In this document: piece after piece, positions 55,073 to 64,000 of the stretch | Layout: each line of letters opens with the position of its first letter | Position numbering within the stretch: position 1 is the first letter of the stretch | Source: an uncultured Gemmatimonadales bacterium | GTDB taxonomy: Bacteria > Gemmatimonadota > Gemmatimonadetes > Gemmatimonadales > GWC2-71-9 | Assembly (NCBI GenBank): GCA_963825055.1 | Contig: CAWGSK010000013.1 | Location: forward strand, 192,001-256,000 | Direction of reading: 5' to 3' | Length of the DNA: 64,000 nucleotides | Program-made: the position numbers and the translations under genes | The notes under the pieces: model-generated | The model's input: only the letters and a program-made list of their open reading frames with translations | What the model was told of the DNA's origin: nothing | The model's database searches: none

Positions 55073-56382
55073 GTTCGCTGTCTTCCGGCGGGCGCCACTG
55101 GCGCCCGCTCCTGTTTCTGCTCATGACGCTCGCCGCCCGGGCAGCGGCGCAGGCTCCCGCGCCACCCCTGCCAGGCGACGCGCTCACGATCTACCTCGTC
55201 ACCATCGGTGCGGGGACCCAGGTCTGGGAGCGGTTCGGCCATAACGCGATCCTCGTCCATGACCATCAGGCCGGCACGGACATCGCCTACAACTACGGGA
55301 TGTTCGACTTCAACCAGCCGCATTTCCTCGCGAACTTCGTGAAGGGACGCATGCGGTACTGGATGACGGGACGGAGCTTCTCCGCCGAGCTGCGCTTCTA
55401 CCGGCAGGAGAACCGGTCCATCTGGCTGCAGGAACTGGCGCTGGCGCCGGGGCAGCGGGCTGAGCTGCGCGATTTCCTGGAATGGAACGCGCGGGAGGAG
55501 AACCGCTTCTACCGCTACGACTATTACCGCGACAACTGCTCCACCCGTGTCCGGGACGCGATTGACCGCGTGATCGACCACCGCATCGCCAGTACCGTGG
55601 GCGTGGAGCCGTCCCGATCCACCTACCGCTTTCACTCCGCGCGACTGGTCGCGACCGACCCGGGTATCTACACGGGCATGATGCTGGGACTGGGCCATTT
55701 GGTGGACCGCCCGATCACCAGGTACGAGGAGATGTTCCTCCCGTTCGCCCTGCATGATTACGTGCGGAGGGTCAGCATCACGGGGCCCGATGGCGGGCAG
55801 CGGCCGCTGGTGGCCGGCGAGGACACACTCTACGTGAGCACCGCTGATCCGCCGCGCGACACCCCGCCACCCTGGTTCAGGTGGTACCTCACCGCGGGCC
55901 TCGCCGGGGGTCTCCTGCTCGCCGTCCTGGGCGCTCATTCCGCCGGCGGAACGTCGCGCCTCGCCTTCAGCACGCTGGCGGGGTTCTGGTCACTGCTCGC
56001 GGGCCTGGCCGGGCTGGGGCTCGCCTCGCTCTGGCTTTTCACCGATCACGCCGCCACCTACCGTAACGAGAACCTGTTCCAGTTCAGCCCGCTTTCGCTG
56101 GTACTCATGGTGCCGATCCTGCTCATGGCCCGGAGTGGCCGGCATGCCGACCGGATCGCGGCACGGGGAGCGGTCGTGGTCGCCGCCGTGGCCGCCCTGG
56201 GCCTCGTGCTCAAGGTCCTGCCCGGGCTCTATCAGGTGAACGGCGAGTTCATTGCACTCGCCCTCCCGATCCACGCCGGGATCGCCTGGGGCCTGGTGCG
56301 GGCCAACCACCGGCCGGCGGTCGAACGCCGGCGGCCGCTCACGCGCCGGAGCACCGACGGGACGGCGGGACAGGCCGCATGA
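55069..56382 (+). CDS. DUF4105 / Lnb-like membrane protein (putative lipoprotein N-acyltransferase)
   Basis: FGHNA, YNYG.FDF and YRYDY..DNC(S)T motifs, then about 5 C-terminal TM helices. Confidence 0.75.
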
Positions 56383-56452
56383 TTGCCCGGCGCGCAAGGG
56401 GTCGTGTAGCTTCCGCGCGCACCGTACCTGTCGCCCACATGGAGGTTGGACC

Positions 56453-56947
56453 ATGGCCGCACCCCTGATCGGCATCGTCATGGGCAGCGACTCGGACTGG
56501 GATGTGATGCGCCACGCCGTCGAGCAGCTCAACGCGCTCGGTGTGCCCTGCGAGCACCGCGTCGTATCCGCCCATCGTACCCCGGACCTGCTCTTCGAGT
56601 ATGCCGCCAGCGCCGCGGGCCGCGGCCTGCGAGCCATCATTGCGGGCGCGGGCGGGGCGGCGCACCTCCCCGGAATGCTGGCGGCCAAGACGACGCTCCC
56701 GGTCCTCGGCGTGCCCGTCCCCTCACGCCACCTTCAGGGCCTCGACTCCCTCCTGTCGATCGTCCAGATGCCCGGAGGCATCCCGGTGGCCACCTTCGCC
56801 ATCGGCGCCGCGGGGGCACGGAACGCCGCGCTCTTCGCCGCCGCCACCCTGGCCACGACCGACCCGGCCCTGGCCGAGCGCCTTCAGCGCTTCCGGACTG
56901 ACCAGACCGCCCGCGTGCTGGGTACGACTCTCCCCGACAAGCCGTGA
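56453..56947 (+). CDS. purE: N5-CAIR mutase PurE
   Basis: [23 protein letters not shown] and SIVQMP motifs; GGAGG RBS. Confidence 0.97.
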   Translation: MAAPLIGIVMGSDSDWDVMRHAVEQLNALGVPCEHRVVSAHRTPDLLFEYAASAAGRGLRAIIAGAGGAAHLPGMLAAKTTLPVLGVPVPSRHLQGLDSLLSIVQMPGGIPVATFAIGAAGARNAALFAAATLATTDPALAERLQRFRTDQTARVLGTTLPDKP

Positions 56948-58065
56948 TCCGGCCGGGCGCCACCCTCGGCATGCTGGGCGGCGGACAGCTTGGTCGCATG
57001 TTCACCATGCGCGCACAGGCCATGGGCTTTCGGGTCGTCGTCCTGGACCCGGACCCCGACAGCCCCGCGGGGCATGTGGCCAACCGCCACCTCACCGCAG
57101 GGTACGAGGACGAAACCGCGCTCGAGGAAATGGCGCGGCTCGCCGCGGCCGCGACCGTCGAGTTCGAGAACGTCCCCACCAGGGCGCTCGAGTTCCTCGC
57201 GGCCAGAATCCCGGTCCGGCCGTCTGCTGCGGCCCTCCGCTCCGCGCAGGACCGGATCGAGGAAAAGACCTTCCTCTCGCATCATGGCTTCGCGACGGCC
57301 GCGTGGGCGCCGGTGCATTCGCGGGATGAACTGGACCAGTCCCTGCTTGAAGTGGGCGTTCCTGCACTGCTCAAGACGAGCCGGTTCGGTTACGACGGCA
57401 AGGGACAGGCCCTGGTCGACGGACCCGATGATGCCCACGCCGCCTTCCAGCGCTTCGGTGAACGGGCCTGTGTTCTGGAACGACGCCTGGACCTGGAGCG
57501 GGAGCTGTCGGTCGTACTGGCGCGCGGTGCGGACGGCAGTATCGCCGGCTTCCCGGTGGGCGAGAACGTCCACGTCAACGGCATCCTGGACACCACGACG
57601 CTTCCTGCCGGCGTCACGGCGGACCTGGCAGCAGAAGCACAGCGGCTCGCGGCCGGCGTTGCGGGGGCACTGGAATACGTGGGGGTGCTCGGCGTGGAGC
57701 TGTTCGTCGCGGATGGGGGGCGCCTCTATGTGAACGAGATAGCACCCCGCCCCCACAACAGCGGCCACTACACCCTGGATGCCTGCGTGACGGACCAGTT
57801 CGAGCAGCAGGTCCGTACACTCTGCGGGCTTCCACTTGGCGACCCGCGGCTGCTTACGCCGGTGTGCATGATCAACCTGCTGGGCGATCTCTGGAAGGAC
57901 GGCGAGCCACGATGGGAGAGGGCCCTGTCACGGCCCGGCGTGAAGCTCCACCTCTACGGCAAGCAGGAGGCTCGCCCGGGGCGGAAGATGGGGCATCTTA
58001 CCTGTCTGGCCGGGACGGCGAAGGAGGCGCTGGCGACAGCGAGGGCGGCACGGGCGGATCTTTGA
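56944..58065 (+). CDS. purK: N5-CAIR synthetase PurK
   Basis: [27 protein letters not shown] and RKMGH motifs. Confidence 0.97.
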   Translation: MIRPGATLGMLGGGQLGRMFTMRAQAMGFRVVVLDPDPDSPAGHVANRHLTAGYEDETALEEMARLAAAATVEFENVPTRALEFLAARIPVRPSAAALRSAQDRIEEKTFLSHHGFATAAWAPVHSRDELDQSLLEVGVPALLKTSRFGYDGKGQALVDGPDDAHAAFQRFGERACVLERRLDLERELSVVLARGADGSIAGFPVGENVHVNGILDTTTLPAGVTADLAAEAQRLAAGVAGALEYVGVLGVELFVADGGRLYVNEIAPRPHNSGHYTLDACVTDQFEQQVRTLCGLPLGDPRLLTPVCMINLLGDLWKDGEPRWERALSRPGVKLHLYGKQEARPGRKMGHLTCLAGTAKEALATARAARADL

Positions 58066-58069
58066 GAAC

Positions 58070-58180
58070 GGGTATGGGGTATCGGGTAATCGGGTAATCG
58101 GGCCGGAGTTTAACGGTCGAGATGGATGAGAGTCCGAGCGTTATCCTTCCCGACTCCCGATTTCCGATTCCCGATTTCCG
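58070..58180. repeat. Inverted pair of short-period repeats between convergent genes
   Basis: GGGTATG GGGTATC GGGTAATC GGGTAATC GGG (58070-58102) versus CCCGACT CCCGATT TCCGATT CCCGATT TCCG (58149-58180). Confidence 0.65.
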
Positions 58181-59409
58181 GCCGCCGCCTGCTCCTCCAC
58201 GAGTTCCCTGACCCCGTCCACCAGCCGCTCAACCTCCTCATCGTTCGTATAGCACGCGCATCCCGCCCGGACCACACCATCCTCACCGACACCCAGCCGC
58301 TCGATGACGGTAAGGGCATAGAAGTCGCCGTGGGAAACGTACACACCCCTCCTGGCAAGGCCGCGGGCGATCGACGGCGGGCTGAGCGTCTTCGACGTGA
58401 AGGAGACCGTGGGCGTGCGCGCGGCGTCCAGGCCCGGACCATGGCAGGTAATACCGTCAATCCCCGACAGGCCGCTCCACATCTTCCCGAACAGCCGCTT
58501 CGCCTGCTCATGGAGACGGCCGTACGAATCGGCCAGGCGATCGCGCCGGCTGGAACCGGACCCGAGCGACGCGAGGAAGTCGACGGCGGCCGCCGCGCCC
58601 ACGATACCCTCGTGGTTCTGGGTGCCCGTCTCCATCCGCTCCGGGGCGGTATCGGGAGCCGGCAGGAGCTTCGGGACATCCAGGCTCTCCAGCAGCTCAT
58701 GCCGCCCGAACAGCACTCCGATGTGCGGGCCATAGAACTTGTACGGCGAGCAGGCGAGGAAGTCGCACCCGATCTCCTCGACATCCACCAGCACGTGCGG
58801 CGCGTAATGGACGGCGTCCACGAAGGTCAGGATCCCCGCCTCGTGCGCCTGCCCACAGATCGCCCGGACATCCGTGATGGTGCCGAGGGCGTTCGAGGCC
58901 GCGCCGATGGCCAGCAGGCTTGCACGCTCCTCCAGGGCCGCCTGCAGGTCCTCCTGATCCAGCATCCCGGTTTCGGGGTTCATCCGCACCCGCCTGATAC
59001 GAACCCCGCGCTCCCGCGCGAGCGCGTGCCATGGAGCCACGTTCGCGTGATGGTCCAGCTCGGTCACGATGACCGTATCCTCCGGCCCCCACCCCCGGCC
59101 CAGGGCCCGGGCCAGGTGGAACGTCAGCGTGGTCATGTTCGCCCCGAACGCAATTTCGTTCGGCGCCGCGTTCAGGAACTCCGCCATGGTCTTCCGCGCC
59201 GACCCGAGCAGGGCATCGGTCTCGATGCTGGTCGGGTAGAGCCAGTGGGTATTGGCGTTGTGGTGGAAGAGATAGCGGGTGATGGCGTCGCCCACTTCAC
59301 GAGGCACCTGCGTCCCCCCGGGACCGTCGAAATAGGCGACCGGGTAGTGTTCGTGGCGACGCTCAAGGGCCGGGAACCGCTCACGAAGCGTGCTGACGTC
59401 GAGGGTCAT
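58141..59409 (-). CDS. Cysteine desulfurase-like class V PLP enzyme lacking the catalytic Cys (VC1184-like)
   Basis: YFDGPGGTQ, DHHAN, DAVH and SPYKF (PLP Lys); GDFYA in place of the GHHCA loop. Confidence 0.85.
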   Translation of the reverse strand: MTLDVSTLRERFPALERRHEHYPVAYFDGPGGTQVPREVGDAITRYLFHHNANTHWLYPTSIETDALLGSARKTMAEFLNAAPNEIAFGANMTTLTFHLARALGRGWGPEDTVIVTELDHHANVAPWHALARERGVRIRRVRMNPETGMLDQEDLQAALEERASLLAIGAASNALGTITDVRAICGQAHEAGILTFVDAVHYAPHVLVDVEEIGCDFLACSPYKFYGPHIGVLFGRHELLESLDVPKLLPAPDTAPERMETGTQNHEGIVGAAAAVDFLASLGSGSSRRDRLADSYGRLHEQAKRLFGKMWSGLSGIDGITCHGPGLDAARTPTVSFTSKTLSPPSIARGLARRGVYVSHGDFYALTVIERLGVGEDGVVRAGCACYTNDEEVERLVDGVRELVEEQAAAGNRESEIGSREG

Positions 59410-59459
59410 ACCGGAATTAAGCACCGCCGGCACCGGTCGGTAACCCCCGCCATAAGTCC

Positions 59460-59489
59460 TTGCCAAGCAATGGGGTAAGCGCCTATCTT
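59460..59489 (+). promoter_or_regulatory. Probable ssrA promoter
   Basis: TTGCCA-N18-TATCTT just upstream of the tmRNA 5' end. Confidence 0.5.
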
Positions 59490-59497
59490 ACGGGCAC

Positions 59498-59858
59498 GGG
59501 GGCGACTGGCTTCGACGGGTTCGTTGAAGGCATCGCTGCGTGCCCAGGTCCAGGTTCCTGGTTAAACCGTCTGGAACGCTTTAATTGCCAACTCTGAACT
59601 GGCACTGGCCGCGTAAGCTGAGCTAAGCTCGCTTCACGCGCCTTCGTTGACCGGAGCCCGCCTGGGGCGCCGCCAACGAATCGAAAATCCGGGCTGGTGA
59701 GCCGCGATACCTCGACGCGGTAAACGAGATCTCAGAGGTTGGTCTGCCGGCAGGTCGGTTCGTCACCGGCCGGTGGATGAAGCAGAAAGATGAACCTACG
59801 CACGTAGATGCGGTCCCGGATGCATACTCGGACCAGGGTTCGATTCCCTGCGCCTCCA
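59498..59858 (+). ncRNA. ssrA: tmRNA (tag ANSELALAA*)
   Basis: 5' GGGGGCG..GGCTTCGAC pairs with 3' CGCCTCC-A (G3:U wobble); T-arm CAGGG-TTCGATT-CCCTG; tag ORF 59587-59616 is gcc aac tct gaa ctg gca ctg gcc gcg taa. Confidence 0.95.
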
Positions 59859-59874
59859 CTGAACCTCAAAAAGC

Positions 59875-60030
59875 GTGAACGGTAAACGGTGAACGGTGAA
59901 CGGGCGTACCCGTGACCGCTCACCGTTGTCTTATGTACCTCCGGCTGCCATCGACCCACGCCCGCCTTCCCGGTGCCAGACCCATCCCGTTCACCGCTCA
60001 CCGTTTACCGTTCACCGTCTACCGTTCACG
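59875..60030. repeat. Long inverted repeat built of 7-nt units (GTGAACG/GTAAACG); possible bidirectional terminator
   Basis: Arm 59875-59904 is the reverse complement of 59986-60015 with 1 mismatch in 30 nt; further units at 59909-59927 and 60016-60030. Confidence 0.8.
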
Positions 60031-61444
60031 CCGTCTCGACTCGGTTCCTTCCCCCCTGCTTCGCGGCATACAGCGCCCGGTCCACCTGGCCCATCAGGTT
60101 GTCCGGGCTCACGGTTGTGCCGGGACAGGCCGCGACCCCCAGCGATGCGGTGATCGCCCATGCACGCCCCTCCCACGCCCAGGCCGTGCCCTCGAGCGTG
60201 GCCCGGATCCGCTCCGCCAGTTCCCGCCCCTGCTCGACGTCCGCGCCTGGCAGCCACACCGCCATCTCCTCACCACCCAGCCGCCCTGCCGCATCGCCGT
60301 CGCGGATCTGTGACTGAAGGATGCGCGCGACCAGCTGCAGCGCAGCGTCTCCCGCCGGATGGCCCAAGGTGTCATTCAGGCTCTTGAACCGGTCGAGGTC
60401 CAGCATCACCACCGAGCCCTCCCGGGCGCCCACCCGCTGCATGACCTGCTCGAATCCCCGGCGGTTGAGCAGGCCCGTGAGCGGGTCACGGATGGAATCA
60501 TCCATCGCGCGCCGCGCACTGAGCCCTGCCCGCAGGCGCGGTCCGGCGGCGGCCAGTGCCCGCGTGAGTTCCGCCCGGGGCTCGCCGCTCGGCGCGCGGC
60601 CGGAGTGCACGCGCACCGCGACGGCCCCGACCGCCTCGCCCTTGTCCATGACCGGCAGGACCATCGCGCGCGCCGGCGATCGCCGATCCGACACCACGCC
60701 ACCCAGGGGATCGAGCGCCCAGTGCGGTGCGTCCCCGGGCGCCGACATGGCGCGCGCAAGGGCGCTGTCCGCCGTCACCGTGGAGTTCAGCTGACGCCGG
60801 TCGGAGCGCAGTGCAACCCCCATCACCGTGAGGCCCGCCGGCCGGGGCAGCGCCACGATGGCCTCGGCGTCGAAGATCCGCTCGATCTGGTGGGCCAGTC
60901 GCATCGCGATGCTCTCCAGCGACTCGCCGGCCTGGTCCTGGGCAGGGCGGAGCGGGGCAAGAACCGCCTCGCGCTCCCGCAATTCGAGGAAATCCGCCAG
61001 ATCCGAGCGCGCGGTCTCGAGCCGCGCGGCGTCGGACGATGGGAGGAGCAGCGCCGCGCGAAGGCCGGTTCCCCCGACGACGACCAGGGTCCCACCCCCG
61101 ATCCGCTCAATCGCCGGAGGCTCTATCGACCGGACCCGGTCCGCCACCCCGACGGTCCGCGAACCCGGAACCGTGGCGGTGGCCTGTGTCGCGCCGTCAT
61201 CGCCCACAAGCCAGGCCGCGAGACCATCGTTGGCCCGAACGATCCAGCCGAGCTGGCGGTCGTCCGTCTCGACCGAAGCCGCGGTGCCTCCCGGCATGGC
61301 GCTGCGAACGGTAAGACCGGCGGCGAACCCCGCCAGGAGGAGGCCGGGGACGTACAGAATGGACGGGAGACCGGAGAGGGCCAGCGCAAGGAACAACGCC
61401 CCGGCCACACCGCACCAGAGCGCCACGGAGCGACTGCGGGTCAT
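60026..61444 (-). CDS. Membrane-anchored GGDEF diguanylate cyclase with a GAF-like region
   Basis: DPLTGLLNRR, DLDRFKSLNDTLGH..GD, RxxD I-site (RDGD), RLGGEEM and ALYAAK..GRN motifs. Confidence 0.88.
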   Translation of the reverse strand: MTRSRSVALWCGVAGALFLALALSGLPSILYVPGLLLAGFAAGLTVRSAMPGGTAASVETDDRQLGWIVRANDGLAAWLVGDDGATQATATVPGSRTVGVADRVRSIEPPAIERIGGGTLVVVGGTGLRAALLLPSSDAARLETARSDLADFLELREREAVLAPLRPAQDQAGESLESIAMRLAHQIERIFDAEAIVALPRPAGLTVMGVALRSDRRQLNSTVTADSALARAMSAPGDAPHWALDPLGGVVSDRRSPARAMVLPVMDKGEAVGAVAVRVHSGRAPSGEPRAELTRALAAAGPRLRAGLSARRAMDDSIRDPLTGLLNRRGFEQVMQRVGAREGSVVMLDLDRFKSLNDTLGHPAGDAALQLVARILQSQIRDGDAAGRLGGEEMAVWLPGADVEQGRELAERIRATLEGTAWAWEGRAWAITASLGVAACPGTTVSPDNLMGQVDRALYAAKQGGRNRVETA

Positions 61445-62208
61445 GGGGCTGGCGACGACCTCGCCCCCTGGATGATCCGGCTCGCCGCCATCGCGGCACC
61501 GAAGCCGTTGTCAATGTTCACCACGGTGAGGCCGGCCGCGCAGCTGTTCAGCATGCCGAGGAGTGCCGCAAGGCCCTGGAAGGAGGCACCATATCCCACG
61601 CTCGTGGGGACGGCGATGACCGGTGCGGCCACCAGGCCACCCACCACGCTCGGCAATGCGCCCTCCATGCCCGCAACCACGATCAGCACCGCCGCCTCAT
61701 GCAGACGCTGGCTCGCCGCCATCAGCCGGTGCAGGCCGGCGACGCCCACGTCCACCAGCGGCTCGGCGCGGAGCCCGAAGGCCCGCGCCGCCTCGAGCGC
61801 CTCCTCCGCCACCGGCAGGTCACTCGTGCCGGCGGAGATGACCAGCACCAGCGGGCCTTCAGGAGCCGCACCCTCGGCGGCGAAGGCGAGCGTCCGGGCG
61901 AGCGGATTCCACCTCACCCCGGGCACCCGCTCGCGCACCGCATTGGCCTGGGCCTCCGTCACGCGCGTCACGAAGAATGCGCCCTGCGCCGCCACCAGGC
62001 GGGTGCAGATGTCGGCGACCTGATCTACCGTCTTGCCGCCCCCGTAGACGACCTCGGGCTGCCCCTGGCGGAGCGCCCGGTGGTGGTCCAGGGTGGCGTA
62101 ATCGAGTTGTTCGGAAGGGAAATGCCGCAGCCGTTCCAGCGCGTCGTCCGCGGAACAGCGGCCCGCCGCGACATCGGCGAGAAGCTCCCGAAGCCGGTCG
62201 GGGTTCAC
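61441..62208 (-). CDS. larB: Nickel-pincer cofactor biosynthesis protein LarB (PurE-like)
   Basis: DHHRALRQG.PEVVY, AGTSD, DVGVAG, AGMEGAL, PTSVGYG and NIDNGFGA motifs; GTG overlaps the dusB stop. Confidence 0.88.
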   Translation of the reverse strand: MNPDRLRELLADVAAGRCSADDALERLRHFPSEQLDYATLDHHRALRQGQPEVVYGGGKTVDQVADICTRLVAAQGAFFVTRVTEAQANAVRERVPGVRWNPLARTLAFAAEGAAPEGPLVLVISAGTSDLPVAEEALEAARAFGLRAEPLVDVGVAGLHRLMAASQRLHEAAVLIVVAGMEGALPSVVGGLVAAPVIAVPTSVGYGASFQGLAALLGMLNSCAAGLTVVNIDNGFGAAMAASRIIQGARSSPAP

Positions 62209-63188
62209 GCGACCTGGGCGACCGGCGCCAGGTACTCCAGGAAGATGGCTTCGGCCTCGGCCATGGACTCCACCTGGAAGAGGCGCTGCCGGAGTGCCGC
62301 GGCCCCCGGCAGGCCCTTCGTGTACCAGCCGAAGTGCTTGCGGAACTCCACCACGGTCTTGCGGGAATCGCCCTGAAGCGTGAGCGCCAGGCGCGCGTGC
62401 GCCAGGGCCACGGCAAACCGCTCCCCGGCATCCGGGGCGTCCGGCAGCGGACGATGGTCCAGCAAGGCGCGCCCGTCCCGGAAGATCCATGGATTCCCGA
62501 ACGACCCGCGGCCGATCATGATTGCCGCGCAGCCGGTGCGTGCCCGCATCCGTGCGATGTCATCGCCGGTCTGGATATCGCCGTTGCCGATCACGGGAAT
62601 GTCGAGCGCGTCCACCACCGCGGCGATCTCATCCCAGCGGGCCTCACCGGAGAACATCTGGGTCCGGGTACGGGCATGCAGCGTGAACGCCCTGGCCCCG
62701 GCATCCTGCATCCGGAGCGCGATCCCCACCGGGTCCCTGGAATCCTCGCTCCAGCCGCTTCGCGTCTTCACCGTGACCGGCAGGTGGGTCGCCGACACGC
62801 AGGCGCGGATGATCCGCTCGACCAGGTCCATGTCCCGGAGACAACCCGAGCCCCCGTTGCGCTTCACGACCTTCTTCACGGGACACCCGAAGTTGATGTC
62901 CACGAAGTCCGGCTCGTAGGTCTCGGTCACGATCGCGGTGGCCCGGGCCATCGCATCCGGGTCGGCGCCGTAGATCTGGACCCCGATCGGGCGCTCCTCC
63001 TCCTCGAACTCGGCCCCCTCCAGCGTGCGCCGGATTCCGCGACGGATCGCCTCCGAACTCAGGAACTCGGTCATGACCACATCCGCCCCGAGCCGGCGGG
63101 AGATTCGCCGGAACGGGGCTTCTGACACGCCAGCCATCGGCGCGAGGATCAGGGGGCACTCCACCCCCGTGAAGTAGGGCAACTGCAT
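62205..63188 (-). CDS. dusB: tRNA-dihydrouridine synthase DusB
   Basis: LAPMAG, DINFGCP, HART, GNGDI and MIGRG..GNPW motifs. Confidence 0.93.
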   Translation of the reverse strand: MQLPYFTGVECPLILAPMAGVSEAPFRRISRRLGADVVMTEFLSSEAIRRGIRRTLEGAEFEEEERPIGVQIYGADPDAMARATAIVTETYEPDFVDINFGCPVKKVVKRNGGSGCLRDMDLVERIIRACVSATHLPVTVKTRSGWSEDSRDPVGIALRMQDAGARAFTLHARTRTQMFSGEARWDEIAAVVDALDIPVIGNGDIQTGDDIARMRARTGCAAIMIGRGSFGNPWIFRDGRALLDHRPLPDAPDAGERFAVALAHARLALTLQGDSRKTVVEFRKHFGWYTKGLPGAAALRQRLFQVESMAEAEAIFLEYLAPVAQVA

Positions 63189-63194
63189 GTCACG

Positions 63195-63223
63195 AAAATA
63201 CTTGGGGCGGCCAGAAGGGGCAA
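63195..63223 (-). promoter_or_regulatory. Probable leaderless promoter of dusB
   Basis: Minus strand reads TTGCCC-N17-TATTTT-N6-ATG; no Shine-Dalgarno sequence. Confidence 0.55.
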
Positions 63224-63340
63224 TGGAACGGGACGGGCGTCACCGACAACATGGGTGGTGCGGGCCTATAGTGCAGGCTGACGATATGCCCGCCTCGGCA
63301 CCGCCTGGCTCCCTGGCGGTACCCGACTCGAGGAGCGACG

Positions 63341-64000
63341 GTGAAGCGCAACCTGTCCATGGTGCTGGCCACATCCTTCGTGATCCTGGGAGTGGTCGCC
63401 TTCCCTCCGCTCTACTTTCTCCACACGATGAGCCGCCCCCGCATGGTGGCCACCAAGCTCGATCCCAACTGGCTCTATGCCATGGGACTGCCCGCCGTCA
63501 GCCTCGAAGTGGAGAAGGACCCGGTCGTCCGTTCCCTCCGCGGGTCGATTTTCCACGTGACCAGGGGTGACATCTTCCGGTTCCTGCAGAGCCACTTCAC
63601 ACCCGCGGACGTCAGCTTCAAAGCGGTCGAGATCCACCAGTCGGTGCTCGACGGACTCCGGCAGTATCCCGGCAGCCTGAGCTTCTACGTCTCCGTAAAC
63701 GAGGAGAAGAAGGTGGTACTGCCTGACGTCCATGGCTTCTTCCAGCGGAAGCTGGATGCCCGGGAGGAATGCGGGGTAGGAGGATTCCTGGACATCGCCT
63801 GGATGGGGCTCAAGAGCCTCTTCGGCGAGAAGCAGTCCGCGATCGAGACCCTGCAGGACCTGCCCCACTGCGATCCCTCGGGCGCCGTGGAGAACAAAAT
63901 CCTGAATGCGGTGGACGAGGGCGTCGCCGAGTTCCGGCGGGTAAGTCGAGACTCGATCAGGGTCACGCCCTCCATCAGCATGAAGGCGAGCCGACGTATC
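63341..64000 (+). CDS. Hypothetical membrane-anchored protein (partial, open to the window end)
   Basis: GAGGAG RBS, GTG 63341, 220 open codons starting MKRNLSMVLATSFVILGVVAFPPLYFL; no family recognised. Confidence 0.7.
   Translation, partial: MKRNLSMVLATSFVILGVVAFPPLYFLHTMSRPRMVATKLDPNWLYAMGLPAVSLEVEKDPVVRSLRGSIFHVTRGDIFRFLQSHFTPADVSFKAVEIHQSVLDGLRQYPGSLSFYVSVNEEKKVVLPDVHGFFQRKLDAREECGVGGFLDIAWMGLKSLFGEKQSAIETLQDLPHCDPSGAVENKILNAVDEGVAEFRRVSRDSIRVTPSISMKASRRI

Noticed and set aside
56383..56452. Purine or ZTP riboswitch before purE
   Set aside because: The gap is 70 nt, mostly taken by a promoter-like TTGCCC-N18-TAGCTT and the RBS; no aptamer consensus is visible.
59875..60030. CRISPR array interpretation of the repeats
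   Set aside because: Units are 7 nt, tandem and inverted, with no unique spacers and no cas genes.
59860..64000. Possible genomic island integrated at the tmRNA 3' end
   Set aside because: No integrase, att duplication or evident compositional shift; the downstream genes are housekeeping-like.

Overview
GC-rich (about 70% by eye), densely packed bacterial core-chromosome segment. Gene content and style suggest a Gemmatimonadota-like organism; this is inference only. No CRISPR array, integrase, transposase or prophage is visible. Left to right: (1) partial recQ and a secreted alpha/beta hydrolase; (2) a ~22 kb minus-strand run with PTS IIA, aspS, phoH, a 7TM-HD phosphodiesterase, ybeY, two CNNM/CorC genes, mgtE, an ABC1 kinase, and a branched-chain acyl-CoA cluster (MeaB, split B12 mutase with isobutyryl-CoA-mutase-type residues, an aeRF1-like protein, carboxyltransferase, TPPII-like lipoprotein subtilase, split AtuA, crotonase, unannotated 55-aa membrane protein); (3) rlmN and a glycerate dehydrogenase/kinase pair; (4) a trpC-F-B-[HEAT, HD-GYP]-trpA-MCP-folK-panBCD-yqeK-lytR run, separated from trpD by an inverted lexA; (5) a ~15 kb truA-htrA-purB-purC-psd-pssA-purSQ-Zn-ribbon-purL-purF-ppdK-DUF4105 run, then purEK; (6) a Cys-desulfurase-like gene, tmRNA, GGDEF, larB, dusB and a partial hypothetical gene. 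The best leads are: a duplicated TTCGGGA-N4-TTCGG candidate LexA operator in the shared lexA/trpC promoter region; a HEAT + HD-GYP pair sharing an unnamed N-terminal domain inside the trp operon; an aeRF1-like factor between the two mutase subunits; apparently leaderless RNA-modification genes; and 7/8-nt periodic inverted repeats at gene ends. Most of the window is housekeeping, and no novel system can be claimed with certainty from sequence alone.
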